Positions 34,321 to 41,200 of a stretch of DNA of 41,200 bases are shown here, piece by piece. The notes beneath the pieces are model-generated. The model did no database searches. It was not told the origin of the DNA and was given only the letters and a program-made list of their open reading frames with translations. The number at the start of each line of letters is the position of its first letter. The first letter of the stretch is position 1. The position numbers and the translations under genes are program-made. This DNA is from a virus. Its lineage: Duplodnaviria; Caudoviricetes. Location: IMG/VR virus record IMGVR_UViG_3300036773_000196, positions 1 to 41,200 of that record; one strand, written 5' to 3'.

Positions 34321-34935
34321 CTAACCCCGGCCTCGGATACGTGCGGGGGCCGGGATGTCCTGCCCCCGCCAGAAGCTCCGGTGCCTGCGCGGGTGGTGCC
34401 ACGGGTGCGCGTGGGGCATCCGCCGCTCTCCGCCGGGCAGGGTGATCACGTTGACGCCGCTCGGCGGCGGTTCCACGACCGGGGGTGCCGCGACCGTGAC
34501 CGGCGCCCCCGGTTCCGCACAGACCGGCGCCATCACCGCGACGGGGGTCGCCCACGGGTCCGCCTGCATCACGGAGGTGGGATTGGTCGAGTGGCCGAGG
34601 CCGTGAAGGTGGCCCTCCTCATGGATGACGATCACGCAGGCGATCTCAGGGGTGATCACGCGCCCGGTGGCGGTCACCGTCCCGACTTCCGAAAGCTGCA
34701 TTTCGCAGGGTCCCGACCAACCGGGCGCCGGCTGAGTCGCATCGCCGCCCGCGCCGGGTATCGGCGCGAAGCCGATCGCCAGGGAGGTGCATTGGGTGGG
34801 CGGGCCGCCCCAGAATTCTTCGGCGATCGCCACGTCGCCAAGCGCCGTCGGGGCCGGTGCGGCGTGCGCGTGCCCGCCGTGGAGGACGAGGGCGAGCACC
34901 GCCGCCACCACCAGCCGCAGTGCCCGGCGCCTCAC
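34321..34935 (-). CDS. secreted metzincin (matrixin-like) zinc metallopeptidase
   Basis: Signal peptide ending AHA; HEEGHLHGLGH (HExxHxxGxxH) and Met-turn SVM. Confidence 0.8.
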   Translation of the reverse strand: MRRRALRLVVAAVLALVLHGGHAHAAPAPTALGDVAIAEEFWGGPPTQCTSLAIGFAPIPGAGGDATQPAPGWSGPCEMQLSEVGTVTATGRVITPEIACVIVIHEEGHLHGLGHSTNPTSVMQADPWATPVAVMAPVCAEPGAPVTVAAPPVVEPPPSGVNVITLPGGERRMPHAHPWHHPRRHRSFWRGQDIPAPARIRGRG

Positions 34936-35150
34936 GATCCCGCCTCCGCCCGCCGCGCGATCTCATCCTCGGCGCAGCGTTTGGCGGGGCGAAGGTCGGG
35001 CAGCCCGAAACCGACGTCGCGGTCACCGAGGATCGAGAAGTGCTCGTGCTCGCACGTCCAGAGGATGCGGGCCGGACTCTCCGCGTCATCCACGATGACG
35101 CCTCGGTAGCGGCCGTTGTCGAGCACTTCCCACCGTGCGCGGAGCATCAT
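34932..35150 (-). CDS. hypothetical protein
   Basis: Overlap-coupled; W.C.H.H motif. Confidence 0.55.
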   Translation of the reverse strand: MMLRARWEVLDNGRYRGVIVDDAESPARILWTCEHEHFSILGDRDVGFGLPDLRPAKRCAEDEIARRAEAGS

Positions 35151-35344
35151 CGACCGTCCTCTATCCGCTTGTCGATGATCGCCAACCGCACCTCATCGCG
35201 GGTGCGGGCGCCGGCACAGATCGCCTCCGGCAGCCCGACCCGTTTCGCCTCGCGGCGCAGATCGGCCCAGCCCATCGCCTTCAACTTCGCCACCTCATCC
35301 ATCACGTTCAGCGGCGTGACGATCTCCCTCTCCCCCGGCCTCAT
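35147..35344 (-). CDS. small hypothetical protein
   Basis: ATGA-coupled; LKAMGWADLRREAKRVGL resembles a helix-extension-helix. Confidence 0.55.
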   Translation of the reverse strand: MRPGEREIVTPLNVMDEVAKLKAMGWADLRREAKRVGLPEAICAGARTRDEVRLAIIDKRIEDGR

Positions 35345-36042
35345 TCGATGATCTCGCAGTCAAGGAAGAAGTCGCTGTGCTGGTCGCCCTGCCAGACGAT
35401 CTCGTTGTCCCACGGCTCGGCGCCGGGGAGGAGATCATCCATCTTGACGCTGATCCCGCCCTCGTAGTCCACCTGCGTGACCACGCCGTGGCGACCGTCC
35501 TCGGCCGAGAAGTGCGGGTAGCGCTGCACCACCTGACGGAGCCGCACGCGCTGACCCACCACCGGCGCGGAGCCGCCGTCGATCGCCTGATCGGGGAAGC
35601 GGCGTGAGGTGATGAAGTCGGAGCGGCGGCCGGGATTGCCCTTCGCGTCCCAGACCGCCAGCCGATCCGCGATCCACTTCTCGGCCGAGTCCACATCCTC
35701 GGCCGTGGCCCAGCCGCCGTCCCACTCGATCAGGACGCTCTCGTGCTCCGGCGCCTCGCCGGGGCCGAAGACCGCCTTCGCTTCCTCTTGGTAGTCGGCC
35801 TCGCTGTGCGTCTCGATCCGACCGTTCTCCCGGTAGACCTTCGACTCCCCGATCAGCGCGACCACCCGGTCCGGCGCCAGCGCGGCGCCGAGATCGGTGA
35901 AGCCCTTTTCAGCGTGGGCGAGGGAGCGGAACCCGGCCATCACGCCGAGCTTCTCGTCGCCGCTCTTCAGCGCGAAGGCGAAGAGGCCGTAGCCGTCTTC
36001 GTGGAACTCGAGGTGGACCGTCTGCTGCGTCGTGGTGCTCAT
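35341..36042 (-). CDS. hypothetical protein, first gene of the leftward operon
   Basis: GGAGG RBS and leader motif; acidic 233 aa protein. Confidence 0.65.
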   Translation of the reverse strand: MSTTTQQTVHLEFHEDGYGLFAFALKSGDEKLGVMAGFRSLAHAEKGFTDLGAALAPDRVVALIGESKVYRENGRIETHSEADYQEEAKAVFGPGEAPEHESVLIEWDGGWATAEDVDSAEKWIADRLAVWDAKGNPGRRSDFITSRRFPDQAIDGGSAPVVGQRVRLRQVVQRYPHFSAEDGRHGVVTQVDYEGGISVKMDDLLPGAEPWDNEIVWQGDQHSDFFLDCEIIE

Positions 36043-36085
36043 TCGTGTGACCCTCCGTCGTGGTGTGGAGAAGCGTTACCTAAAC

Positions 36086-36115
36086 AGCATAGAGCAGAAC
36101 GCTCGACCGCGTCAA
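36086..36115 (-). promoter_or_regulatory. sigma-A-like promoter for the leftward operon
   Basis: TTGACG-18 nt-TATGCT on the minus strand in the AT-rich divergent gap. Confidence 0.65.
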
Positions 36116-36193
36116 CCCTTAATCCAGTAAAACTAGTTTTAAGCAAACATGCGGTGGCGCCGCCTACCCCCGGCGCTAGCCTTGCTTCCTAGA

Positions 36194-36895
36194 ATGGCTG
36201 CCCGCAAGCCGACCACGAAAAAGCCGCGGCCGAAGTCCAAACCCGGCAAGGCCCCCGCATCGCCTCGGCGATCGCCTCAGCGCAAACAGCCCGCGCCCCC
36301 GCAGAGGAAGGGCAGCGCGAAAGCCAAGGCGAAGCCGAAGAGCGCCCCCGCCAAACCGGCCACGCCTCGCAAACGCAAACCGAAAGCGATCGGGCGCCCC
36401 TCCAAGATCTCGCAGATCGTCCGCGTGATGGTGCCGGAGAAGAACGGCAAGCTGCGCGCCCACTACATCACCGTGGCCGCGGCCTTCGTGAAGGTGCTCG
36501 CCACGGGCTGCTCGTTCGAGACGGCGGCGACCACCGTCGGCGTCTCCAAGGTGACCGCCTACGACTGGATCTCCCGCGGGGAGGAGGTCCGCGATATGGA
36601 GCCGGTGCCTGCCGATGCCGAACCGTTCTTGAACTTTGCGAACGACGTCGCGCGTGCGCGCGAGCAGGTGGTGACCTTGGCCCTCGCCGGCGTGCTCGAG
36701 GCGGGCAAGGCCGACTGGCGCGCCTTCGCGTGGTTCCTCGAGCGCAGTCGCCCGCAGGAGTTCGGGCGCCAGACCCGCATCGACCACGGCGCGATCGGGG
36801 CCGACGGTGGACGCCTGTCGATGGCCGAGCTCATGGCCGCCGCGGTAGCCGACCCGTCCACGGCAAGCGACGATGACGATCCCGACCTTTCCTGA
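36194..36895 (+). CDS. terS: terminase small subunit
   Basis: Lys/Pro-rich N-terminus, GRPSK, HTH (AATTVGVSKVTAYDW), DWRAFAWFLER..P.EFG; upstream of TerL. Confidence 0.75.
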   Translation: MAARKPTTKKPRPKSKPGKAPASPRRSPQRKQPAPPQRKGSAKAKAKPKSAPAKPATPRKRKPKAIGRPSKISQIVRVMVPEKNGKLRAHYITVAAAFVKVLATGCSFETAATTVGVSKVTAYDWISRGEEVRDMEPVPADAEPFLNFANDVARAREQVVTLALAGVLEAGKADWRAFAWFLERSRPQEFGRQTRIDHGAIGADGGRLSMAELMAAAVADPSTASDDDDPDLS

Positions 36896-37097
36896 AGGCG
36901 TTGTGATCGAGCACGACGAGGACGGCGCCCTCGTGGCGACCGGACCCGGCTTCACGCGGTGTGTCCGCTGGCCGGCGACGTGCGCCGAGGTGCGGGCGGC
37001 TCAGCTGACCTACTCGGCGCCGTGCGACTTCTGCTCTGGCCGGTGGGACGAAGGCGACCGCCCACGGCGGCGGCTCAGTGGCGACGCGAGCAGCTAG
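36873..37097 (+). CDS. small hypothetical protein between terS and terL
   Basis: Fills the gap and overlaps both neighbours; CDFC. Confidence 0.4.
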   Translation: MTIPTFPEGVVIEHDEDGALVATGPGFTRCVRWPATCAEVRAAQLTYSAPCDFCSGRWDEGDRPRRRLSGDASS

Positions 37098-38472
37098 GCG
37101 CGCTCGAGAGGACGGCGCCGCGGCGCTGATCCGTCGCAGCCGGGAGGACCCGGTGTGGTGGATCGAAAAGGTGCTCGGGATCGAGCTATGGTCGAAACAG
37201 CGGCAGATCGCCCGCGCCGTGCGCGACAACCGGCAGGTGGCGGTGCGCTCCTGCCACGGCCCGGGGAAGACGAAGATCGCCTCGTGCATCGTGATGTGGT
37301 TCCTCTACTGCCTCCCTGAATCGCGGGTGGTCACGACGGCGACGAAGTGGTCCCAGGTGAAGGCCCTGCTCTGGCACGAGGTGAATCAGAACTTCAACGG
37401 CGCGCAGATCGCCGGCGGCCTCGGCGGCACGTGCCTTCAGACCGAACTCAAGTTGCCCGACGGCCGCTACGCGCTCGGCCTCTCGACGCGGCCGGGGCAG
37501 GAGGAGTCCTTCCAAGGGCACCACGCGCCGCACATCCTCCTGCTCTACGACGAGGCGTCGGGGGTGCCGGGCCCGGTGTACGAGGCGGGCGAGGGCTACA
37601 TGACCACGACCGGCGCCCGCAAACTGATGATCGGCAACCCGACCCGGGCCGAGGGCGAGTTCTACAAGGCGTTCAACGCCGACCGGGCGAAATACAAGAC
37701 GATCCACATCAGCGCCTTCGACACGCCCGCCTTCACCGGCGAGGCGGTGAGCGACAACCTGCTCCGCCACCTCGTCTCGAAACAGTGGGTGGAGGAGAGG
37801 CGCTCGTGGGAGGGGACGCCGCTGTGGGACATCAAAGTCCTCGGCAACTTCTCGAAGACTTCCGACGACAACGTGATCGCCCTCTACATCGTGGAGGAGG
37901 CGCAGGCCGAGGAAGATCACCCGGTGCGGCCGGACCGCAAGGCGGTGATCGGGGTGGACGTGGCCCGGTTCGGCTCCGACGAGACGGTGATCTCGATCCG
38001 CGAGGAACGGAACGTCCGCATCCACTCGATCTACCACGGGCAGGACACGACGGCGACGATCGGCGAGACGATCCGCGCCTACAAAGAGGCGAGCGACGGA
38101 CCCGGCTCGGCGCGGGTGGTGGTCGATGACGTCGGGGTAGGCGGCGGCGTCACCGACGGGCTGCGCGCCCAGGGGGTGCCGGTGACCGGGCACAACGGCG
38201 GCGAGTCGCCCTACGAGCCGGAAGAGTTCCCCAACCGTCGCTCCGAGCTCTGGTTCGAAGTGGCCGAGGAGTTGAAGACGTGCTCGCTCGACCCCGACGA
38301 ACAGTTGGCCGCCGACCTGGTCGCGCCGAAATACAAAGTGGACGGTCAGGGGCGCCGCGTGGTCGAGCCGAAGGACATCACCAAGAAACGCCTCGGCCGC
38401 TCCCCCGATCGTGCGGACTCGGTGCTGCTCACCTTCGTTCCCGAAGAGGACGAAGGGTCGGAAGTCTGGTAG
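37078..38472 (+). CDS. terL: terminase large subunit
   Basis: Walker A SCHGPGKT, Walker B LLYDEASG, IGNPT, nuclease motifs GVDVARFGSDET and SPDRADS. Confidence 0.92.
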   Translation: MATRAARRAREDGAAALIRRSREDPVWWIEKVLGIELWSKQRQIARAVRDNRQVAVRSCHGPGKTKIASCIVMWFLYCLPESRVVTTATKWSQVKALLWHEVNQNFNGAQIAGGLGGTCLQTELKLPDGRYALGLSTRPGQEESFQGHHAPHILLLYDEASGVPGPVYEAGEGYMTTTGARKLMIGNPTRAEGEFYKAFNADRAKYKTIHISAFDTPAFTGEAVSDNLLRHLVSKQWVEERRSWEGTPLWDIKVLGNFSKTSDDNVIALYIVEEAQAEEDHPVRPDRKAVIGVDVARFGSDETVISIREERNVRIHSIYHGQDTTATIGETIRAYKEASDGPGSARVVVDDVGVGGGVTDGLRAQGVPVTGHNGGESPYEPEEFPNRRSELWFEVAEELKTCSLDPDEQLAADLVAPKYKVDGQGRRVVEPKDITKKRLGRSPDRADSVLLTFVPEEDEGSEVW

Positions 38473-38669
38473 ACACCCCGCTCGCGGTCCGTCTCCCATG
38501 CGCCGCTGTGCGCGGACCGCAAACGTCGCCGGGTGGGGCGACGTTCCTCCCCCAGGAGCACGGGGCCGTCGCGATCGTCAGGGCTGGCGCGCGCGGCGGC
38601 CCCGCCCTATGCTCGCGAGCGCCGCCCCGTGTCCGGCGGGGCGGTGTCAACCACACGAAGGAGGACACG

Positions 38670-38930
38670 ATGGGCTTCGAGGTCTACCCGATGCACGAGG
38701 ACGCCGAGCCGAACAACCCGACCGGCGAGTACGGCTGGCGCCGCCGTGGCCGGGACGGCGAGATCACGGCGACCGGCCACGAGGGTTTCACCCGCGAGGA
38801 GGACGCCGAACGCGCGATCCGCGAACACGGCGCCGCGGTCTACACCGAATTGTTCCCGACGCTGAACAACCCCGAAATGTCGGGAAAGGCGGCGGCGGAG
38901 AACCTCGAGATCAAGCGAGTAGCCGCCTAG
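38670..38930 (+). CDS. DUF1508/YegP-like protein
   Basis: FEVY...GEYGWR....GEI.ATG.EGFTR..DAERAI; GAAGGAGG RBS. Confidence 0.7.
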   Translation: MGFEVYPMHEDAEPNNPTGEYGWRRRGRDGEITATGHEGFTREEDAERAIREHGAAVYTELFPTLNNPEMSGKAAAENLEIKRVAA

Positions 38931-38958
38931 CGCGCTACCCTCGCGGCGGACGAGACAC

Positions 38959-38999
38959 GGCCCCGGCGGCTCTGCTGAACACCGCCGTCGGGGCCTTTT
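38959..38999 (+). terminator. intrinsic terminator-like hairpin
   Basis: GGCCCCGGCGGC...GCCGTCGGGGCC followed by TTTT. Confidence 0.6.
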
Positions 39000-39022
39000 C
39001 ACACCACGACGAAGGGAGCACG

Positions 39023-39673
39023 ATGAACCTCTCCACCATCGAAATGCCACCGGAGCAGGCGCGCCAGCAGTTCGAGGCTTACCGCCGCGCCGCCCGCGAT
39101 CGGCACAGCGCCGAGGACAAGGCAATCGCCGCCGGCTACAAGGCGATCGCCGAGGGGCGCGCCGTCCTTCAACTCACCCCGACGATGATCGCCGGCGGGG
39201 TCGCCGTCCTCGAGCGCACGACCGCCGGGGGCACGCGCCAGGCGGTCACCGTCCCGCGGCTGGCCGTCGCGCCGGCGAACCGGAAATTCGCGTGGACCCA
39301 CGGCGTGCAGCAGAATGGCTCGCTCGAGATCGTCGGCCGCCAGCCGATCGCGCCGAACAACAAACGTGACCGCATGGCCTTCGACCCCGGCACCTTCGGG
39401 ATGCTCGCCGGCACCGGCGCACTCAGCTGGGGCGACTGGAACCGTCGGATCAATGCCCTGATCCCGCCCGTGCCGCCGGCGCTCCGGCCGCGCGACAACA
39501 TCGCCAACTACCACGTGCTGTGGGAGGCGGAGTGGTCGTTCGCGCCGGGCCCGCCGCCCGGTGACCCGGCCCTGCTGAAGCACATCGGCGGCGACCTGTA
39601 CGCGGTCCACGCCGTGTGGGATCTGACCCCGCTCGAGCAGGCCGTCCTCAGCGGTCGCGCCTTTGAAGACTGA
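39023..39673 (+). CDS. conserved phage hypothetical protein
   Basis: P.PP..RP...YHVLWEAEW...P.DPALLKHIGGDLY.V...WDLT.LE; RBS. Confidence 0.7.
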   Translation: MNLSTIEMPPEQARQQFEAYRRAARDRHSAEDKAIAAGYKAIAEGRAVLQLTPTMIAGGVAVLERTTAGGTRQAVTVPRLAVAPANRKFAWTHGVQQNGSLEIVGRQPIAPNNKRDRMAFDPGTFGMLAGTGALSWGDWNRRINALIPPVPPALRPRDNIANYHVLWEAEWSFAPGPPPGDPALLKHIGGDLYAVHAVWDLTPLEQAVLSGRAFED

Positions 39674-39849
39674 TGAAGGCTGCTACCGCGTGGGCGATCC
39701 TGTTCGGGATCGTCACGGCCGTGATCGTGCTTGTCTGCTGCTGGATCGCGCCGGGGGTGACCTTCGCCGGTCGCCTCGGCGCGACGGCCTGCGTCTTCGG
39801 CGTCATCGCCTGCATCTTCGCGCTCGTGTCGCTTGGAGATCACGACTGA
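39673..39849 (+). CDS. small two-TM membrane protein
   Basis: TGATG-coupled at both ends; MKAATAWAILFGIVTAVIVLVCCWIA... Confidence 0.6.
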   Translation: MKAATAWAILFGIVTAVIVLVCCWIAPGVTFAGRLGATACVFGVIACIFALVSLGDHD

Positions 39850-40139
39850 TGGCCCGCTACGAACCGGACCCGCGCTACGACCCCGATCTCGTGGCCGCGC
39901 TCGAGGCCGGCGGCGAGCAGGGTCTAGCCGACGCGATGGCCGCCACCTGCCGCACCTGCGGTCACACCCGCGCGGACCACGCCGGTGCGACCGGGGCGCT
40001 CGCGAGCTTTGGAGGCTCGGCCTGCGAACGATGCTGGGACTGTGGGGCGTTCCTCCACTCGAGCTACCCCGCCGAGCCACCGTTCCCGTTCGGGGCCAAG
40101 CACGAAAAGGACTGGCCGAAAGTGGAGGCGACACGATGA
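39849..40139 (+). CDS. putative zinc-finger protein
   Basis: CRTCGH...H...CERCWDC. Confidence 0.6.
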   Translation: MARYEPDPRYDPDLVAALEAGGEQGLADAMAATCRTCGHTRADHAGATGALASFGGSACERCWDCGAFLHSSYPAEPPFPFGAKHEKDWPKVEATR

Positions 40140-40372
40140 CGTACATGGTCGAGATCCACCCCCTCTACGGCGGCTGGTCGCAGCGGATCGAGCCGATCGC
40201 CGCGACCCTCAACCCGCGGATGCAGGCCGATCAGGTGGTCGTGTCGGTAGCCATCGGCCGCGAGTACTTCGCCAGCGACGGGACCTCGCTCAGCGAGGAG
40301 GCCCGCGCCCAGGTGGCCGACGCGGTCGAAGAGGCGATGCGTGCCCTGAAGGCAGCTGGTCCGAATGCCTAG
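40136..40372 (+). CDS. hypothetical protein
   Basis: GGAGG RBS, ATGA coupling. Confidence 0.55.
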   Translation: MTYMVEIHPLYGGWSQRIEPIAATLNPRMQADQVVVSVAIGREYFASDGTSLSEEARAQVADAVEEAMRALKAAGPNA

Positions 40373-40787
40373 GCGGAAAGCGACCGGCCCGCTGCGTGAG
40401 CGGGCCGAGAGGGAAGCCAAGCAGCGGGCGGATATGGCGCAGGCCGAGGAAGAGCGCGCCGAGGCCGAGCGGAACGAGCTACGCGCGGCCCGGGTCGCAC
40501 CGACCGTCGCCCACCTGGGGAAGTGGTGTGGCACGACGGATATCGCGGCGGCCGACCTGAAGCCCTACTCCAACAGCCGCGGCGTCTCCGTCTGGGACGT
40601 GGACGTCGACGGCTTCCACCTGCGGGTGAGCGCGAACGACCACAGCAGCCCGGTGAAGATCACGCTCGAGCAGGTGTCCGATGACGGGAAGGACGCCCGC
40701 TACGTGGAACGGCCGTGGCAGTTGCTCGAGCCGTGGGAGAAGAGCCACGATGCCGAGCCCACCAACCCGGGGAAGGGGACGACATGA
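40365..40787 (+). CDS. hypothetical protein
   Basis: Overlap-coupled ORF. Confidence 0.6.
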   Translation: MPRRKATGPLRERAEREAKQRADMAQAEEERAEAERNELRAARVAPTVAHLGKWCGTTDIAAADLKPYSNSRGVSVWDVDVDGFHLRVSANDHSSPVKITLEQVSDDGKDARYVERPWQLLEPWEKSHDAEPTNPGKGTT

Positions 40788-41071
40788 CGCAGCAGCTACG
40801 GGTGGATGCCCCGGCCCTCACCTGCGTATCGAACTCGCCGGCGTGGCTCGAGGAAATGGCGCGGGCCTACAGCGGTGAGCGCGCCGCGCTGGTCGAGCGG
40901 CGCATCCTCGAAGGCGAGAATCGGATCGAACTCGACTACCTGCCGGACGTGGTCGGTGGCCGCGAACCGCCGCGGCGGGTGCTCTACCTCGTGCCCTCGT
41001 GGACGCGCCATCCGGAAGGGCGGTTCAAGGTCGAGCTCGCCCGCTGGCGCTGGCGGCGGCGGCGACCGTGA
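40784..41071 (+). CDS. hypothetical protein
   Basis: ATGA coupling at 40784. Confidence 0.55.
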   Translation: MTQQLRVDAPALTCVSNSPAWLEEMARAYSGERAALVERRILEGENRIELDYLPDVVGGREPPRRVLYLVPSWTRHPEGRFKVELARWRWRRRRP

Positions 41072-41200
41072 ACGGCGAACTCTTCTGGGCGGCCATCCAC
41101 GCGCAGGGCGTCCGGATGTGCGCGGCCGGGATCGGGACCTTCGACGGGTTGCAGCGCCAGCGTCAGGCCCGGGTCCAACTGGTCGGCGGCGGCGGCGACG
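41068..41200 (+). CDS. 3'-truncated ORF, in frame with ORF 2..253 if the ends are joined
   Basis: GTGA-coupled start; open to the window end. Confidence 0.45.
   Translation, partial: MNGELFWAAIHAQGVRMCAAGIGTFDGLQRQRQARVQLVGGGGD
41190..41200 (+). repeat. 11-nt terminal direct repeat of positions 1-11
   Basis: CGGCGGCGACG at both ends. Confidence 0.6.

Noticed and set aside
1-41200. tRNA, rRNA, CRISPR array, integrase/attP, reverse transcriptase or DGR
   Set aside because: No such motifs recognised by eye; tRNAscan-SE and HMM searches would be needed to confirm absence

Overview
A GC-rich tailed-phage (siphovirus-like, HK97-type head) genome, possibly complete and circularly permuted: the last 11 nt equal the first 11 nt and the flanking ORFs join in frame. 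The host is probably an actinobacterium, with one regulator resembling Thermoleophilia/Solirubrobacterales proteins. The + strand carries small accessory genes, a YfdP/YfdQ(DUF2303)-like pair, a WbqC-like gene, then portal-MuF fusion, collagen fibre, prohead protease, capsid, neck, tail, tape measure, tail-tip and lysis genes (1-26073). A - strand block (26095-36042) holds a C5 methyltransferase, LAGLIDADG and HNH nucleases, a putative annealing protein, a Gp157-like gene, HTH regulators and a secreted metzincin. The terminase genes and more small ORFs follow on + (36194-41200). I could not recognise an integrase, Rep/initiator, helicase, primase, polymerase or ParA/ParB gene. The most notable signal is non-coding: a cluster of about 7 DnaA boxes with a box-GGCC-DnaA-trio unwinding module (1321-1516) and a chromosomal-type parS (2911-2924) bracket the YfdPQ-like pair. 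This suggests a phage that mimics the host oriC/parS region. All protein calls come from motif recognition by eye; no searches were run.
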